Assembly (NCBI GenBank): GCA_018335015.1
Contig: JAGXKX010000001.1
Coordinates: 54,028 to 118,027 of the forward strand
DNA: 64,000 nt
Direction of reading: 5' to 3'
DNA from: Candidatus Bipolaricaulota bacterium
GTDB taxonomy: Bacteria > Bipolaricaulota > Bipolaricaulia > M55B111
The notes below the pieces were generated by a model. The model was not told the DNA's origin and did not search any database. It saw only the letters and a program-made list of their open reading frames with translations. Within the stretch, counting starts at the first letter, position 1; every line of letters starts with the position of its first letter. A program made the translations under genes and the position numbers. Positions 48,436-57,499 of the stretch are shown in pieces.

Positions 48436-49212
48436 ATGGAATTTTCGGTTCCGCTTAAAGGCAATAAGAAACTGAAGACGGTCATCGACAAAATTCAGAA
48501 CCACGGCAGATTAAACGGCCTCTGGACAATTGCGAACGTAAACGCCGTAGATCGGCTGGCCATTAATGACCACGGTCCGGTGCACTCGAAAATCGTCGCC
48601 AATTCCGCCCTGAGAATGTTCCGATTGATCGAGAAAAGCGGCGTGAAATCGAACCTTGAAATAGATCACAACCTGACAAAAGAAGACGCGGAGATAGTCA
48701 TCATTCTTGCCGCCGCATTCCACGACCTGGGTCACGCCATACATCGGGTACATCACGAGGAGTTCGGCATAGGCCTTGCCGACTCGCTGGTCACCGATTT
48801 GCTGGATGACATATATAACGGCCACACGATGGGAATTATGGAGGGAGAAGTCCTGCATGCCTGCTACGCTCACGGCACGGAGCTGGAAACCCTGACCCTT
48901 GAAGCGGGCGTGGTAAAGGTGGCCGACGCTTTAGACATGGAACAGGGCCGGGCAAGGATCCCATTTAAAGAGGGAGAGCTAACGATACACTCAGTTTCCG
49001 CCACCGCTATAGAACAGGTCAGCGTGAGACGAGGCAGTAAAAAACCAGTTAAAATCGTCATAGAAATGTCAAACTCCGCAGGGATCTTCCAGCTGGATAA
49101 CCTGTTTAAACCAAAACTGGAACATTCAGGAATAAGAAAACACATAGAAGTTACCGTGGAAGTAGGAGAAGAAGACGCTGAAAAGAAGATAATCGAGGAT
49201 TATCAGTTCTGA
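48436..49212 (+). CDS. HD-domain metal-dependent phosphohydrolase
   Basis: The start was moved to Met5 (MEFSV). The His/Asp ligand pattern is HSKIV ... AAFHDLGHAIHRVHHEEFG ... D. Confidence 0.6.
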   Translation: MEFSVPLKGNKKLKTVIDKIQNHGRLNGLWTIANVNAVDRLAINDHGPVHSKIVANSALRMFRLIEKSGVKSNLEIDHNLTKEDAEIVIILAAAFHDLGHAIHRVHHEEFGIGLADSLVTDLLDDIYNGHTMGIMEGEVLHACYAHGTELETLTLEAGVVKVADALDMEQGRARIPFKEGELTIHSVSATAIEQVSVRRGSKKPVKIVIEMSNSAGIFQLDNLFKPKLEHSGIRKHIEVTVEVGEEDAEKKIIEDYQF

Positions 49213-49536
49213 TATTATTTTGGCGATTTTAGATTCCCAGTTATCGGACGTTTTCAAGTATATTTAACAAAAGGTATCTTATGTTAAAAATCTGACGAAC
49301 GTCCTTTTTCGAACTAACACTTGTAATTGCTCCTAAAAAAATATTAGTTAAGCTAACAAAGGCTTTAGCGGAGATCAAAGATTTGCAATTCATCTTAGAA
49401 GGTAAAAAGAGGAAGTCAAGTTAAGAGGATAAGGACAAAGTTATAAGTCATTTCTTTCTCCATGGTGGGAGAAAGAAAGAATTAGGTGGGAGTAGGATAA
49501 AAATGGAAAGAATAAACCCCAAAAAAGGGCAAAATC

Positions 49537-50160
49537 ATGAGTTTAGAACTGACACAGGAAGATTTCCTAACTGAGAGGCAAGTGAAGAGGTTGAAGAAGA
49601 CCCTCCGGGGGGCAGCAAGGGAAGGCAAGGAAGATGGCAAATATATCCCTGTGAGAGACTGGTGTATTTTGCACATCGCCCTTGACGCAGGTTTGAGGGT
49701 CTCCGAGATCCGTGACCTGAAAATTGGAGACCTGCTTATAGACCAGGGCGGTTCTTCCATAATAGTCAGGAGCGGCAAGGGGGACAAAAAGCGAGGAGTC
49801 TCTATCGGGGCCGATCTGAAGAGTCACCTCAAGGAATATATCGAGTGGAAGGAGGACCGTGGCCAGCCCACTGGAGACAACGACCTCTTATTCATCTCTC
49901 CCAGCGGAAAATCCGATAAGCTAAGTCGCCAGGCAATCTACCACATTTTCAAACGCTGGGCTGAACGGGCGGGTTTACCCGATAGATTCTCAATACATTC
50001 CTGTCGCCACACTTACGCATCCATGCTCTACAAATCGAGTGACTACAACCTCAGGCTTGTCCAGTCTCAACTCGGACACTCCTCCATCCAGACAACTCAG
50101 GTTTACGCAGACGTGCTGAACAAGGACGCCGAAAAAGCGGTCAACGACTTACCCCAATAA
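49537..50160 (+). CDS. tyrosine recombinase (phage-integrase family), catalytic domain only, 207 aa
   Basis: The catalytic residues R (GLRVSE), H-x-x-R (HSCRHTYAS) and Y (TQVYADV) are present. No N-terminal core-binding domain exists, and an in-frame stop lies 8 codons upstream of the ATG. Confidence 0.8.
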   Translation: MSLELTQEDFLTERQVKRLKKTLRGAAREGKEDGKYIPVRDWCILHIALDAGLRVSEIRDLKIGDLLIDQGGSSIIVRSGKGDKKRGVSIGADLKSHLKEYIEWKEDRGQPTGDNDLLFISPSGKSDKLSRQAIYHIFKRWAERAGLPDRFSIHSCRHTYASMLYKSSDYNLRLVQSQLGHSSIQTTQVYADVLNKDAEKAVNDLPQ

Positions 50161-50396
50161 AAACAATATAATCTCTAAAGGTGGCCTCAGACCGTAATTA
50201 GTCAACTACGGATGGACTATGACATGGTATAGTTTGGTTCCAAACAGATCCGTATACTAGCGTACGATACCCACAAGTATTGGCGCTTAACTAACGGCGC
50301 CCTTCCGGAGCAAGCCGTGAATCTTCCTCGTTATGTTTTGGTGACCATTAATGGTTTAAAACCTCACCCACGAAAAACGTGTCAAAACGGTTTAAT

Positions 50397-50551
50397 CACC
50401 GGAATTGTCTACGGAACCCAATCCAAAACACTATTCTTTAAACGTTAGTTCCAAGACCGATTAAACGACGAACATCAGGCCTGAACCGAGTCATGACTAG
50501 CCTGGGTAAATACGTAACATACAAATCTAAGTGACCGGTATTGTCTAGTAT
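50397..50551. repeat. imperfect direct repeats (ACCGGWATTGTCTASK ...TTAGTTCC..CGATT) inside an 840-bp AT-rich non-coding spacer
   Basis: CACCGGAATTGTCTACGG is at about 50397 and GACCGGTATTGTCTAGTA at about 50532. Both are followed by related TTAGTTCC-N-ACGATT segments. Confidence 0.4.
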
Positions 50552-51001
50552 TAATTAGTTCCGTACGATTCCTAATTAATCCCATACCAACCTCGACCAA
50601 ATACTTTTTCAATTAAAGTCTCTATTTAATTATATTCTCATGGGGATTATCACAAGATTTAGATTTTAAAATAGCTGGAAAAATGAGATTTATTGACGTT
50701 ATTATTTATAAATCCGATTTAAACCATATAATACCAGTTCGTTATTCATATCTGAGTTTTGGCTGATTTGTTGGTATCAAATAGGAAACGGTAGCTTTAA
50801 CCGGGGAAGGATAAACCACCTGTTGAATTCACAAGCTTGCTGTTCAATTCCCTTCCGATTTTCTTTTCAGCGGAAGATGACCTATACTTGCCTTAGTAAC
50901 CCAAGTAACAGGTTCTAGTTACAAACAAAAACTCCTCTTTGGGAGAAACTCACGGGTCTAAACTAACCTGAAAATGAGCTTTAATCGAAGGATGAGAAAT
51001 A

Positions 51002-52342
51002 ATGGAGAATCAAGAAAAATGTACGCAGGGTGAGAGGGTCCTTGTATTCGCCCCTCACAACGACGATGAGATACTGGCTGCAGGTGGCTTAATTCAAAGG
51101 TACGTAGAGTCCGACACCCAGGTTAAGGTTGCGGTAATAACAAACGGGGATGGCCAGATACGTAGACCGCCTTTCCTGCCTTTCCTCCGGCCCGATTTCG
51201 TCAAATTGGGTTACAAGCGTCAAAATGAGACTTTAGAGGCGATGAATTATCTTGGCCTGAGTAAAGAGGACGTTAAATTCTTCGGTTATCCCGATCGAGG
51301 GCTCAGCCACATGTGGACTAACCACTGGGACCGCAATGACCTTTATTACTCCAAGTATACCAAAACCAACCACACTCCGTACGATAACAGCTACAACGGT
51401 AAAGCTCCTTATTGTGGTTCGGCAGTTGCCGAAGACGTAAGGCATATACTGTTGGACCATAAACCGGATGTAATCTATCTACCACATCCAAACGACAGTC
51501 ACCCGGACCACTGGGCGACAAATGGTTTCGTCCTTTACGGGCTGGAACAACTGAAAAATGAGGGTTTCGACCAGCTTAAAAAAGTAACCATGCTGAGCTA
51601 TCTCGTCCACAGCGTGAAATTCCCATGGCCCCGAGGCAAGTATCTCGAATCTTCACTTTCCGAGCCAGAACACCTGGAAGGTCTTGACACAGAATGGGTT
51701 GGCGTCGAACTCGACATGAAAGAAAGATTGCGCAAGCTCCGGGCAATAGGAAAGTATCGAACTCAAACTCAGCTCATGCGAAAATACCTGATCAGTTTCG
51801 CCCGGGCAAACGAGCTATTCGGAATAGTTCCTAGCTTATCACTGAATAACTCTTTAGCTTACGGGGGAAAGCCAAACCTATCCCGGGACTTCATCCTGAA
51901 CGAAGAGGAAGACGAACCTTTACTATCGTACCTCAACCCGAAGCGAAGAAGCCGAATAGCCACGCTCAGGCGGTACCCAGACATGAAATCCGTTAGCCTG
52001 AACAGGAATTCTGAGTTCTTGAATCTTTCTATAGATTTCTTTAACAAGTACCGGCCGGGAAACGAAATTCAAATAACTCTCAAACCATTCGTCCAGGACG
52101 ATAAGCTTAGTGGAATTGGAGATTCTCATTCTTTCAGGTTCTTAAACCGAAGACTTTACCATAACCAATCTGAAGTCGAAAAGGGGAATGGGTACGACTT
52201 CGAAAGCGGAAGTAAATCTTACAGGTTATCCATCCCGCTGGAAAAGATAAACGACCCGAGCAAACTCATCCTCTCCATAACGCTTGCTCGGAAGGGCTAC
52301 CCGTTCGCCAGAAGCGCGAACAGGTTGGTCAAAATTCACTAA
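51002..52342 (+). CDS. PIG-L/LmbE-family N-acetylglucosaminyl deacetylase (MshB/BshB-like) with ~240-aa C-terminal domain of unknown function
   Basis: The motifs APHNDDEILAAGG and HPNDSHPDHWAT (the PIG-L zinc-site signature) are present. The C-terminal half has no recognisable family. Confidence 0.7.
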   Translation: MENQEKCTQGERVLVFAPHNDDEILAAGGLIQRYVESDTQVKVAVITNGDGQIRRPPFLPFLRPDFVKLGYKRQNETLEAMNYLGLSKEDVKFFGYPDRGLSHMWTNHWDRNDLYYSKYTKTNHTPYDNSYNGKAPYCGSAVAEDVRHILLDHKPDVIYLPHPNDSHPDHWATNGFVLYGLEQLKNEGFDQLKKVTMLSYLVHSVKFPWPRGKYLESSLSEPEHLEGLDTEWVGVELDMKERLRKLRAIGKYRTQTQLMRKYLISFARANELFGIVPSLSLNNSLAYGGKPNLSRDFILNEEEDEPLLSYLNPKRRSRIATLRRYPDMKSVSLNRNSEFLNLSIDFFNKYRPGNEIQITLKPFVQDDKLSGIGDSHSFRFLNRRLYHNQSEVEKGNGYDFESGSKSYRLSIPLEKINDPSKLILSITLARKGYPFARSANRLVKIH

Positions 52343-53130
52343 GTACTGTCATTGATGCGCTTCTTATAAATTATTGACCGAGAAGTTCTAAATTCATTAC
52401 CTTCTGCAACCAGTATCGGGTAACCAGTCTCCCGGGTAAACCCAAGCGACCGGAAAAACCTGCTGGCTCTCCTGTCGTTCTGCCTTACCCGAACGTGGAC
52501 CCCCCTTACTTCGGCCTCTCTTAACATGGAAATAAATTCATTCGCGAGTTCCGTTCCCAGCCCCTTCCCCCTCGAGCCTTCCGAGATGTTAATGTGAAAG
52601 TGGGCCGGATAGCCGGAAGGGGGAGCGTTCCTCAAACCTCCGTGGGTAGTCACGTAGATAAATGACCCGAGGTATCTAACCTCCTTCCAACCTATCTCTC
52701 TCCGGAACAGAGCCTTCACTATCGCCTTTGGTATCACTCTGGTGCTTTTTATCCACCTACAGCGGGATCCATTAAAACAACCGGAGAGATAGCCCACTAC
52801 CTGTCCCTCTACCTCGGCAATTAGAAGGTGTTCAGGCTCGTAATTCAGATAATAGTTGGTCAAAAGGTCTGCTACCAGTTTAAGGTCGGAACGGGGGTAT
52901 CCAGTGACAGTGGAAGTAGCAATTTTTCTTACCTTATCCCGATCTGTTTCTTTAAATTTCCTGATCTCCGGATTCACATCGTATACAAGTCTAGTTGTTT
53001 TACTAGTAATGGTCAATTTAATCAAAAAGACTGAACCTCTTTTAGATAAATCAAGCGGCCTAAATTCTTTTCCCGAACGAGGAGGTTTTTCCGGTAATTT
53101 TTCCGGACGGGTTTGCGAAACAGGAAACAA
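52339..53130 (-). CDS. GNAT-family N-acetyltransferase with N-terminal extension
   Basis: The acetyl-CoA-binding region is RGKGLGTELANEFISMLREAEVRGVHVRV. It is convergent with the PIG-L gene, with a 4-nt overlap. Confidence 0.7.
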   Translation of the reverse strand: MFPVSQTRPEKLPEKPPRSGKEFRPLDLSKRGSVFLIKLTITSKTTRLVYDVNPEIRKFKETDRDKVRKIATSTVTGYPRSDLKLVADLLTNYYLNYEPEHLLIAEVEGQVVGYLSGCFNGSRCRWIKSTRVIPKAIVKALFRREIGWKEVRYLGSFIYVTTHGGLRNAPPSGYPAHFHINISEGSRGKGLGTELANEFISMLREAEVRGVHVRVRQNDRRASRFFRSLGFTRETGYPILVAEGNEFRTSRSIIYKKRINDST

Positions 53131-53354
53131 GCGGCGTTTGTTGTCATCAAGCGGTTAAACTGATAAGGTAAACCTTAGGTGAATTTTCACTAAAGAGTCA
53201 GACGGAGTTTTGGGTAAGCAAGTGGTTCTACCTGGTAAAGGAAAATTAATTATCCATCACAATGGTTAGAATGGTAGGTGAATTGAAATGGTAGAAGTTT
53301 TGAAAAAGCTCTGGAGCGCTCTTTGACGAGGGCCCTTATAGAGGAGGCAGAAAT

Positions 53355-54746
53355 ATGAACTCCAATAAACAGAAGTCAAACTACGACGCGGTTGTGATAG
53401 GTTCCGGCCAGGGGGGCACTCCCCTTTCCCTCTACATGGCAGAACAAGGTCTTGAAACCGCGTTGATCGAGAGTAAACACGTCGGAGGAACGTGCGTAAA
53501 CGAGGGCTGCACGCCCACGAAGACGATGATCGCCAGCGCGCGAGTTGCGCATCTCGTCGGTCGCGCCGAGGAATACGGCGTCAACCCTGGAGGGGTCGAG
53601 GTTCAGCTTTCGAAGGTCCGAAAACGTAAAAGGGATATCGTAGACAGTTTCAGGAGAGGTAATTTGAATCGGATCGAAAAGAAGCCGGGGCTGGACTTGA
53701 TTCGGGGGGAGGCCATGTTTACCGAACCCTATACCATCGAAATATCCGGAGAGGGCGAAAAACACCAAACCGTAGAAGCAGAAAAGTTCTTTATCAACAC
53801 TGGGGCCAGGCCGTCAGCACCACCAATCGAGGGCCTCGATGAAGTTGACTATCTGGACTCGACCTCGATAATGGAACTGGGTGAGGTGCCTGAGAAACTA
53901 CTTATAATCGGCGGTGGGTATATAGGAGTCGAATTCGGCCAGGCATTTCGGAGGTTCGGAGCGGAAGTGACTATATTCCAGCGAAGTGCTCAGTTGTTGA
54001 CTCACGAGGATCAGGATGTTGCGGAGGAAGTCAGGGAAATACTGGAAGAGGACGGGGTCGAAGTCTTGCTTGACAAGGAAGTTCAAAAAGTTGAAAAGGT
54101 CACAGAGGGTATTAGAGTAATTGCAAACGGTTCCACGGCCGAAACAGGTAGCCATTTGCTGGTGGCCGCGGGGCGGGCTCCCAACACGGATAAACTCGGA
54201 CTGGAGAATACCGAGGTAGAAACTACCGACAGGGGGAATATAAGAGTCAACCAAAGACTGGAGACCGACCAGGACGGAGTCTACGCACTTGGAGACGTAA
54301 AAGGTGGGCCTGCTTTTACCCACATCTCATACGACGATTTTCGTGTTTTACGGGACAACTTATTTGAAAACGGAAACCGTTCCATAAAAGACCGGCCAGT
54401 GCCCTACACCGTATTCACAGACCCGCAACTAGGCCGGATTGGATTAACCGAGGAAGATGCCAGAAAAAATGGCTATGACGTCCAGGTTGCGACCATGCCC
54501 ATGGAAAGCGTCGCCCGGGCCCTGGAGGTAGATGAGACCAGAGGGATGATGAAAGTAGTCGTAGATAGAGAAACCGAAAAGATACTGGGAGCTGCAATTC
54601 TCGGTATCGAGGGCGGTGAAATAGCTTCCGCAATACAAATAGCAATGATGGGCGAACTTTCCTTCAGGAAGATGAAAGAAGGTGTCTTCGCGCACCCTAC
54701 GCTGGCGGAGTCGTTAAACAATTTATTTGCTCTGCTTGATGACTGA
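53355..54746 (+). CDS. class I pyridine-nucleotide disulfide oxidoreductase (Lpd/GR/Mtr-like flavoprotein disulfide reductase)
   Basis: The motifs are FAD GxGxxG (VIGSGQGG), redox CxxxxC (GGTCVNEGCTPTK), NAD GxGxxG (IIGGGYIGVEFG) and C-terminal HPT (FAHPTLAE). There is no C-terminal Cys pair, so it is not MerA. No E1/E2 genes are nearby. Confidence 0.8.
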   Translation: MNSNKQKSNYDAVVIGSGQGGTPLSLYMAEQGLETALIESKHVGGTCVNEGCTPTKTMIASARVAHLVGRAEEYGVNPGGVEVQLSKVRKRKRDIVDSFRRGNLNRIEKKPGLDLIRGEAMFTEPYTIEISGEGEKHQTVEAEKFFINTGARPSAPPIEGLDEVDYLDSTSIMELGEVPEKLLIIGGGYIGVEFGQAFRRFGAEVTIFQRSAQLLTHEDQDVAEEVREILEEDGVEVLLDKEVQKVEKVTEGIRVIANGSTAETGSHLLVAAGRAPNTDKLGLENTEVETTDRGNIRVNQRLETDQDGVYALGDVKGGPAFTHISYDDFRVLRDNLFENGNRSIKDRPVPYTVFTDPQLGRIGLTEEDARKNGYDVQVATMPMESVARALEVDETRGMMKVVVDRETEKILGAAILGIEGGEIASAIQIAMMGELSFRKMKEGVFAHPTLAESLNNLFALLDD

Positions 54747-54779
54747 GCCGATACTTGCTAAAATCCGAAAGTTAATACT

Positions 54780-55478
54780 ATGCATAATACTTGTAACGTC
54801 CTATGGCAATTAAAAGAATTCGACCTACTTTCCCAGTTAAACGAAGACCAGCTGGAAGAACTTGGATCCTGGGTAAAGGATCTCGAGTTCAACCAGGGTG
54901 AACTCATATATCTTCCCGGCGAGCCAAGTGAATCGGTATACTTCTTAAAACAGGGAAAGGTGAAGCTTTCCTACGTGGGACCAGCCGGCAAGGAATTTAC
55001 GGTTTCAATCCTGGACAAGGGGGAACCGTTTGGCGAGATGTCGGTAGTTGGCGAAGAGGATCGTAGCCTGAAGGCTGAAGCAATTGCCGACGTCGTACTC
55101 TGTTCCGTCTCAAAACGAGATTTTCTTCACTTTACCGAACAGAACCCGGAATTATCACTCAGCGTCGCCAAAAAGATCGGTCAACACAGGCGCGAGATTC
55201 AGAACAGCCTAGCGGATCTTCTATTCAAAGACGTTCCTTCCAGGTTGGCCACGACTCTCCACAGACTCGCGGTAGAGTACGGTGAAGAGGGTCGGAACGG
55301 TGTGAAAATAAAACCTTCATTAACTCACGAGGAGATTGCAAAATTAATTGGCTCCACCCGGGAAACCACCACCGCCAACCTAAACGAACTCGAATCCGAA
55401 GGGTTAATAGAAAAGGGAAGAGAAAATATATTAGTCAAAGACAAAGACGGATTAAAAGCAAGAGCCTCCAGAAATTAA
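54780..55478 (+). CDS. Crp/Fnr-family transcriptional regulator
   Basis: It has a cNMP-binding beta-roll and a C-terminal HTH (EEIAKLIGSTRETTTANLNELESEGLI). Confidence 0.8.
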   Translation: MHNTCNVLWQLKEFDLLSQLNEDQLEELGSWVKDLEFNQGELIYLPGEPSESVYFLKQGKVKLSYVGPAGKEFTVSILDKGEPFGEMSVVGEEDRSLKAEAIADVVLCSVSKRDFLHFTEQNPELSLSVAKKIGQHRREIQNSLADLLFKDVPSRLATTLHRLAVEYGEEGRNGVKIKPSLTHEEIAKLIGSTRETTTANLNELESEGLIEKGRENILVKDKDGLKARASRN

Positions 55479-55749
55479 CTTATGCCCCCTGCCCCCGTCT
55501 TCTTTTCAACCCTTTTAATTAGAGTCGGAGTAACTCAATTTTTCCACCGGAGACCTCATTGTCCAGCCTGATCAACTGCCAACCGTCACTCTACTGACAA
55601 CTGAAAGACCTTCCTTCTTTCCCTGATGTAAGCCAGGTTACATAACTCTACCTTCCTGCCCCCTATAGTTAACATCGAAGAAAAGTTCGAAGAATGAAAG
55701 AAAGCAAATAGGAGCGCTATTAAACTAACTTGATTACGAGGAGGTAATC

Positions 55750-56598
55750 ATGAATCTGAAAAAAATCATCACGAAACTTACAGTTTTCGCGCTGGCCTTC
55801 GCTCTGGTTGTCGGAGTAGGTATAGTAAGCTTGGGAGCAATGGATGAAACCAAGACCACCGTTACTGCGAGTGGGGAAGGTTTATGGATATACCCCGGCC
55901 TCAGAAAGCTGGACCCGGAAGTATTCGGAACCCCGGATCAACCTAAGATGCTCGAGGCTTTACCGCTGGCCGGCCGAAAAGTAAGCGAGGACGGAGAAAA
56001 GTTTACCACGACCAAACAACCGGGACCTTTTTCCGATAAAGTAGCCCCTTCAGAAGGAGAACTATCTCTGACTATATGGGACAGGACCCCATTCGATAGC
56101 AATAACTCAGAGGACAAAGCGGACCTCGAGGCCACCTTCGAGGACCCTTCCGGGGAGAACACTTACCGGGTAGTACTGAAAAAGCTGATCCCCGTCGGCC
56201 CTCACCATCAGTTCTTTGGCGGCGCAGCCACAAACGTCTGGATGCATGGTTCCACAGGAATAGGTGAACCATTTATGCCCGCTACCTTCAGCTACGTAAC
56301 CCTCTGGGGCTTAGGTGACTTCTATCGAAATGGAGAAAAGCTAGACGAAAGACGGCTAGTCCACGTCATGTTGACCCCGAAGATGAGGACCGAGGATAAT
56401 GAACTGGGGTTCGGGATAGCCGACAGGGACAAACTGGAAATCCACTTCATCATGCCACCGACCAAGGTCTCGGGGGGCCACCCTGAAGAGGTTCCTCTAC
56501 CCACGAAGTTAGTTCTTCCAAATGGAAATGAGCAACCGTTCGTCCACTTTAATTTCTACGGCAATATAGAAGTGGAGGGCAACAAATACCTCGACTGA
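55750..56598 (+). CDS. secreted hypothetical protein
   Basis: It has a signal peptide (MNLKKIITKLTVFALAFALVVGVGIVSLGA) and an RBS GAGGAGG. No family was recognised. Confidence 0.5.
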   Translation: MNLKKIITKLTVFALAFALVVGVGIVSLGAMDETKTTVTASGEGLWIYPGLRKLDPEVFGTPDQPKMLEALPLAGRKVSEDGEKFTTTKQPGPFSDKVAPSEGELSLTIWDRTPFDSNNSEDKADLEATFEDPSGENTYRVVLKKLIPVGPHHQFFGGAATNVWMHGSTGIGEPFMPATFSYVTLWGLGDFYRNGEKLDERRLVHVMLTPKMRTEDNELGFGIADRDKLEIHFIMPPTKVSGGHPEEVPLPTKLVLPNGNEQPFVHFNFYGNIEVEGNKYLD

Positions 56599-56633
56599 CG
56601 GATTGCAGTTAAATTAATGCACGCCAAATATAG

Positions 56634-56672
56634 GAAACCACCCTCAATGTTAGGGTGGTTTCCTCTTTTCTA
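56634..56672 (+). terminator. intrinsic terminator
   Basis: The stem GGAAACCACCCT/AGGGTGGTTTCC encloses a caatgtt loop and is followed by TCTTTTCT. Confidence 0.65.
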
Positions 56673-56869
56673 TCTCCTATTCAATCACTCCTTTCCTTCT
56701 CCAAAAGTTGTAGCTGCCCCAAAGCCTACCCCGATTGGGCAATGATATAATAGGATTCTCAAGGAGAAAGTGTTCCATTACCTCAGAGCTTCAAGTTATT
56801 ATTAAAATTATTAAATATTTAATTAAATATATTAATCATATCTTGAATGATTTGATATTTAGATAAATA

Positions 56870-57040
56870 ATGTCAGAAAAAATAAATGGGAAATGCCCGG
56901 TCCGCGGACAGAATATAAGAGTTACGGAGCTCGAATGCCCAAGCTGCCATACCCAGCTAAGCGGACAATTAAACTTAGGGAGGTTCTCTCGATTAAACCG
57001 AGGGCAACTCAAGGCTGATAGTAATTGCCGCTGCCATTAA
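56870..57040 (+). pseudogene. truncated DUF2089-like Zn-ribbon gene (56 codons; the family is normally ~110 aa with a C-terminal HTH)
   Basis: It encodes MSEKINGKCPVRGQNIRVTELECPSCHTQLSGQLNLGRFSRLNRGQL..., then diverges and stops. It overlaps MFS-like fragments. Confidence 0.4.
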
Positions 57041-57499
57041 TTTTATCACCGCACCCATAAACGTCATTATTCCTTTCTTCATTAAGGAAACCCTGTGGCT
57101 TAGTTAGAGCGTGTACGGCGTAATGGCTGCCTGTCTCTCCGCGAGGATGGTCGCCGGCAGCATGATTATCGGCAACATTATAGTCCATAGAGGCAAGAGT
57201 CTGGGTTTCGGGATATTTGGAGCAGGTATCTCTATAATACTGTTCTCGTTTTCTACCTGGTTAGCGAAGGACTCTTACTACCAACAATCATCTTGGTCGG
57301 CTTTCTTAGCCTCACACTGGCCGGAGTAGATGTTTCGACTTCTTTCGCCAAAATCCCAATCAACACTTTACTCCAGAAAACGACTGAGGACAGTAAAAGA
57401 GGAAGAGTAATGAGCGTCGTAAATATGGGTACTATGGCAGCCACGCCCTGTCTTACAACAGGTTTAGCGGGCTTTTACTTGAACAGAATTGTAATGTGA
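57015..57499 (+). pseudogene. fragmented MFS-type transporter remnants in three frames
   Basis: The fragments LIVIAAAINFITAPINVIIPFFIKETL*, ..ISIILFSFSTWLAKDSYY.. and ..IPINTLLQKTTEDSKRGRVMSVVNMGTMAATP.. each end in a stop or a frame change. Confidence 0.4.

Larger units (their letters stand above)
47762..56622. mobile_element. candidate integrated element or genomic islet bounded by an 11-bp direct repeat AATTAATGCAC (speculative)
   Basis: The identical 11-mer occurs at 47762-47772 and 56612-56622, both in AT-rich intergenic DNA. The interval contains the recombinase, the iteron-like spacer, the PIG-L/GNAT/reductase/Crp genes and a secreted protein. Confidence 0.2.
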
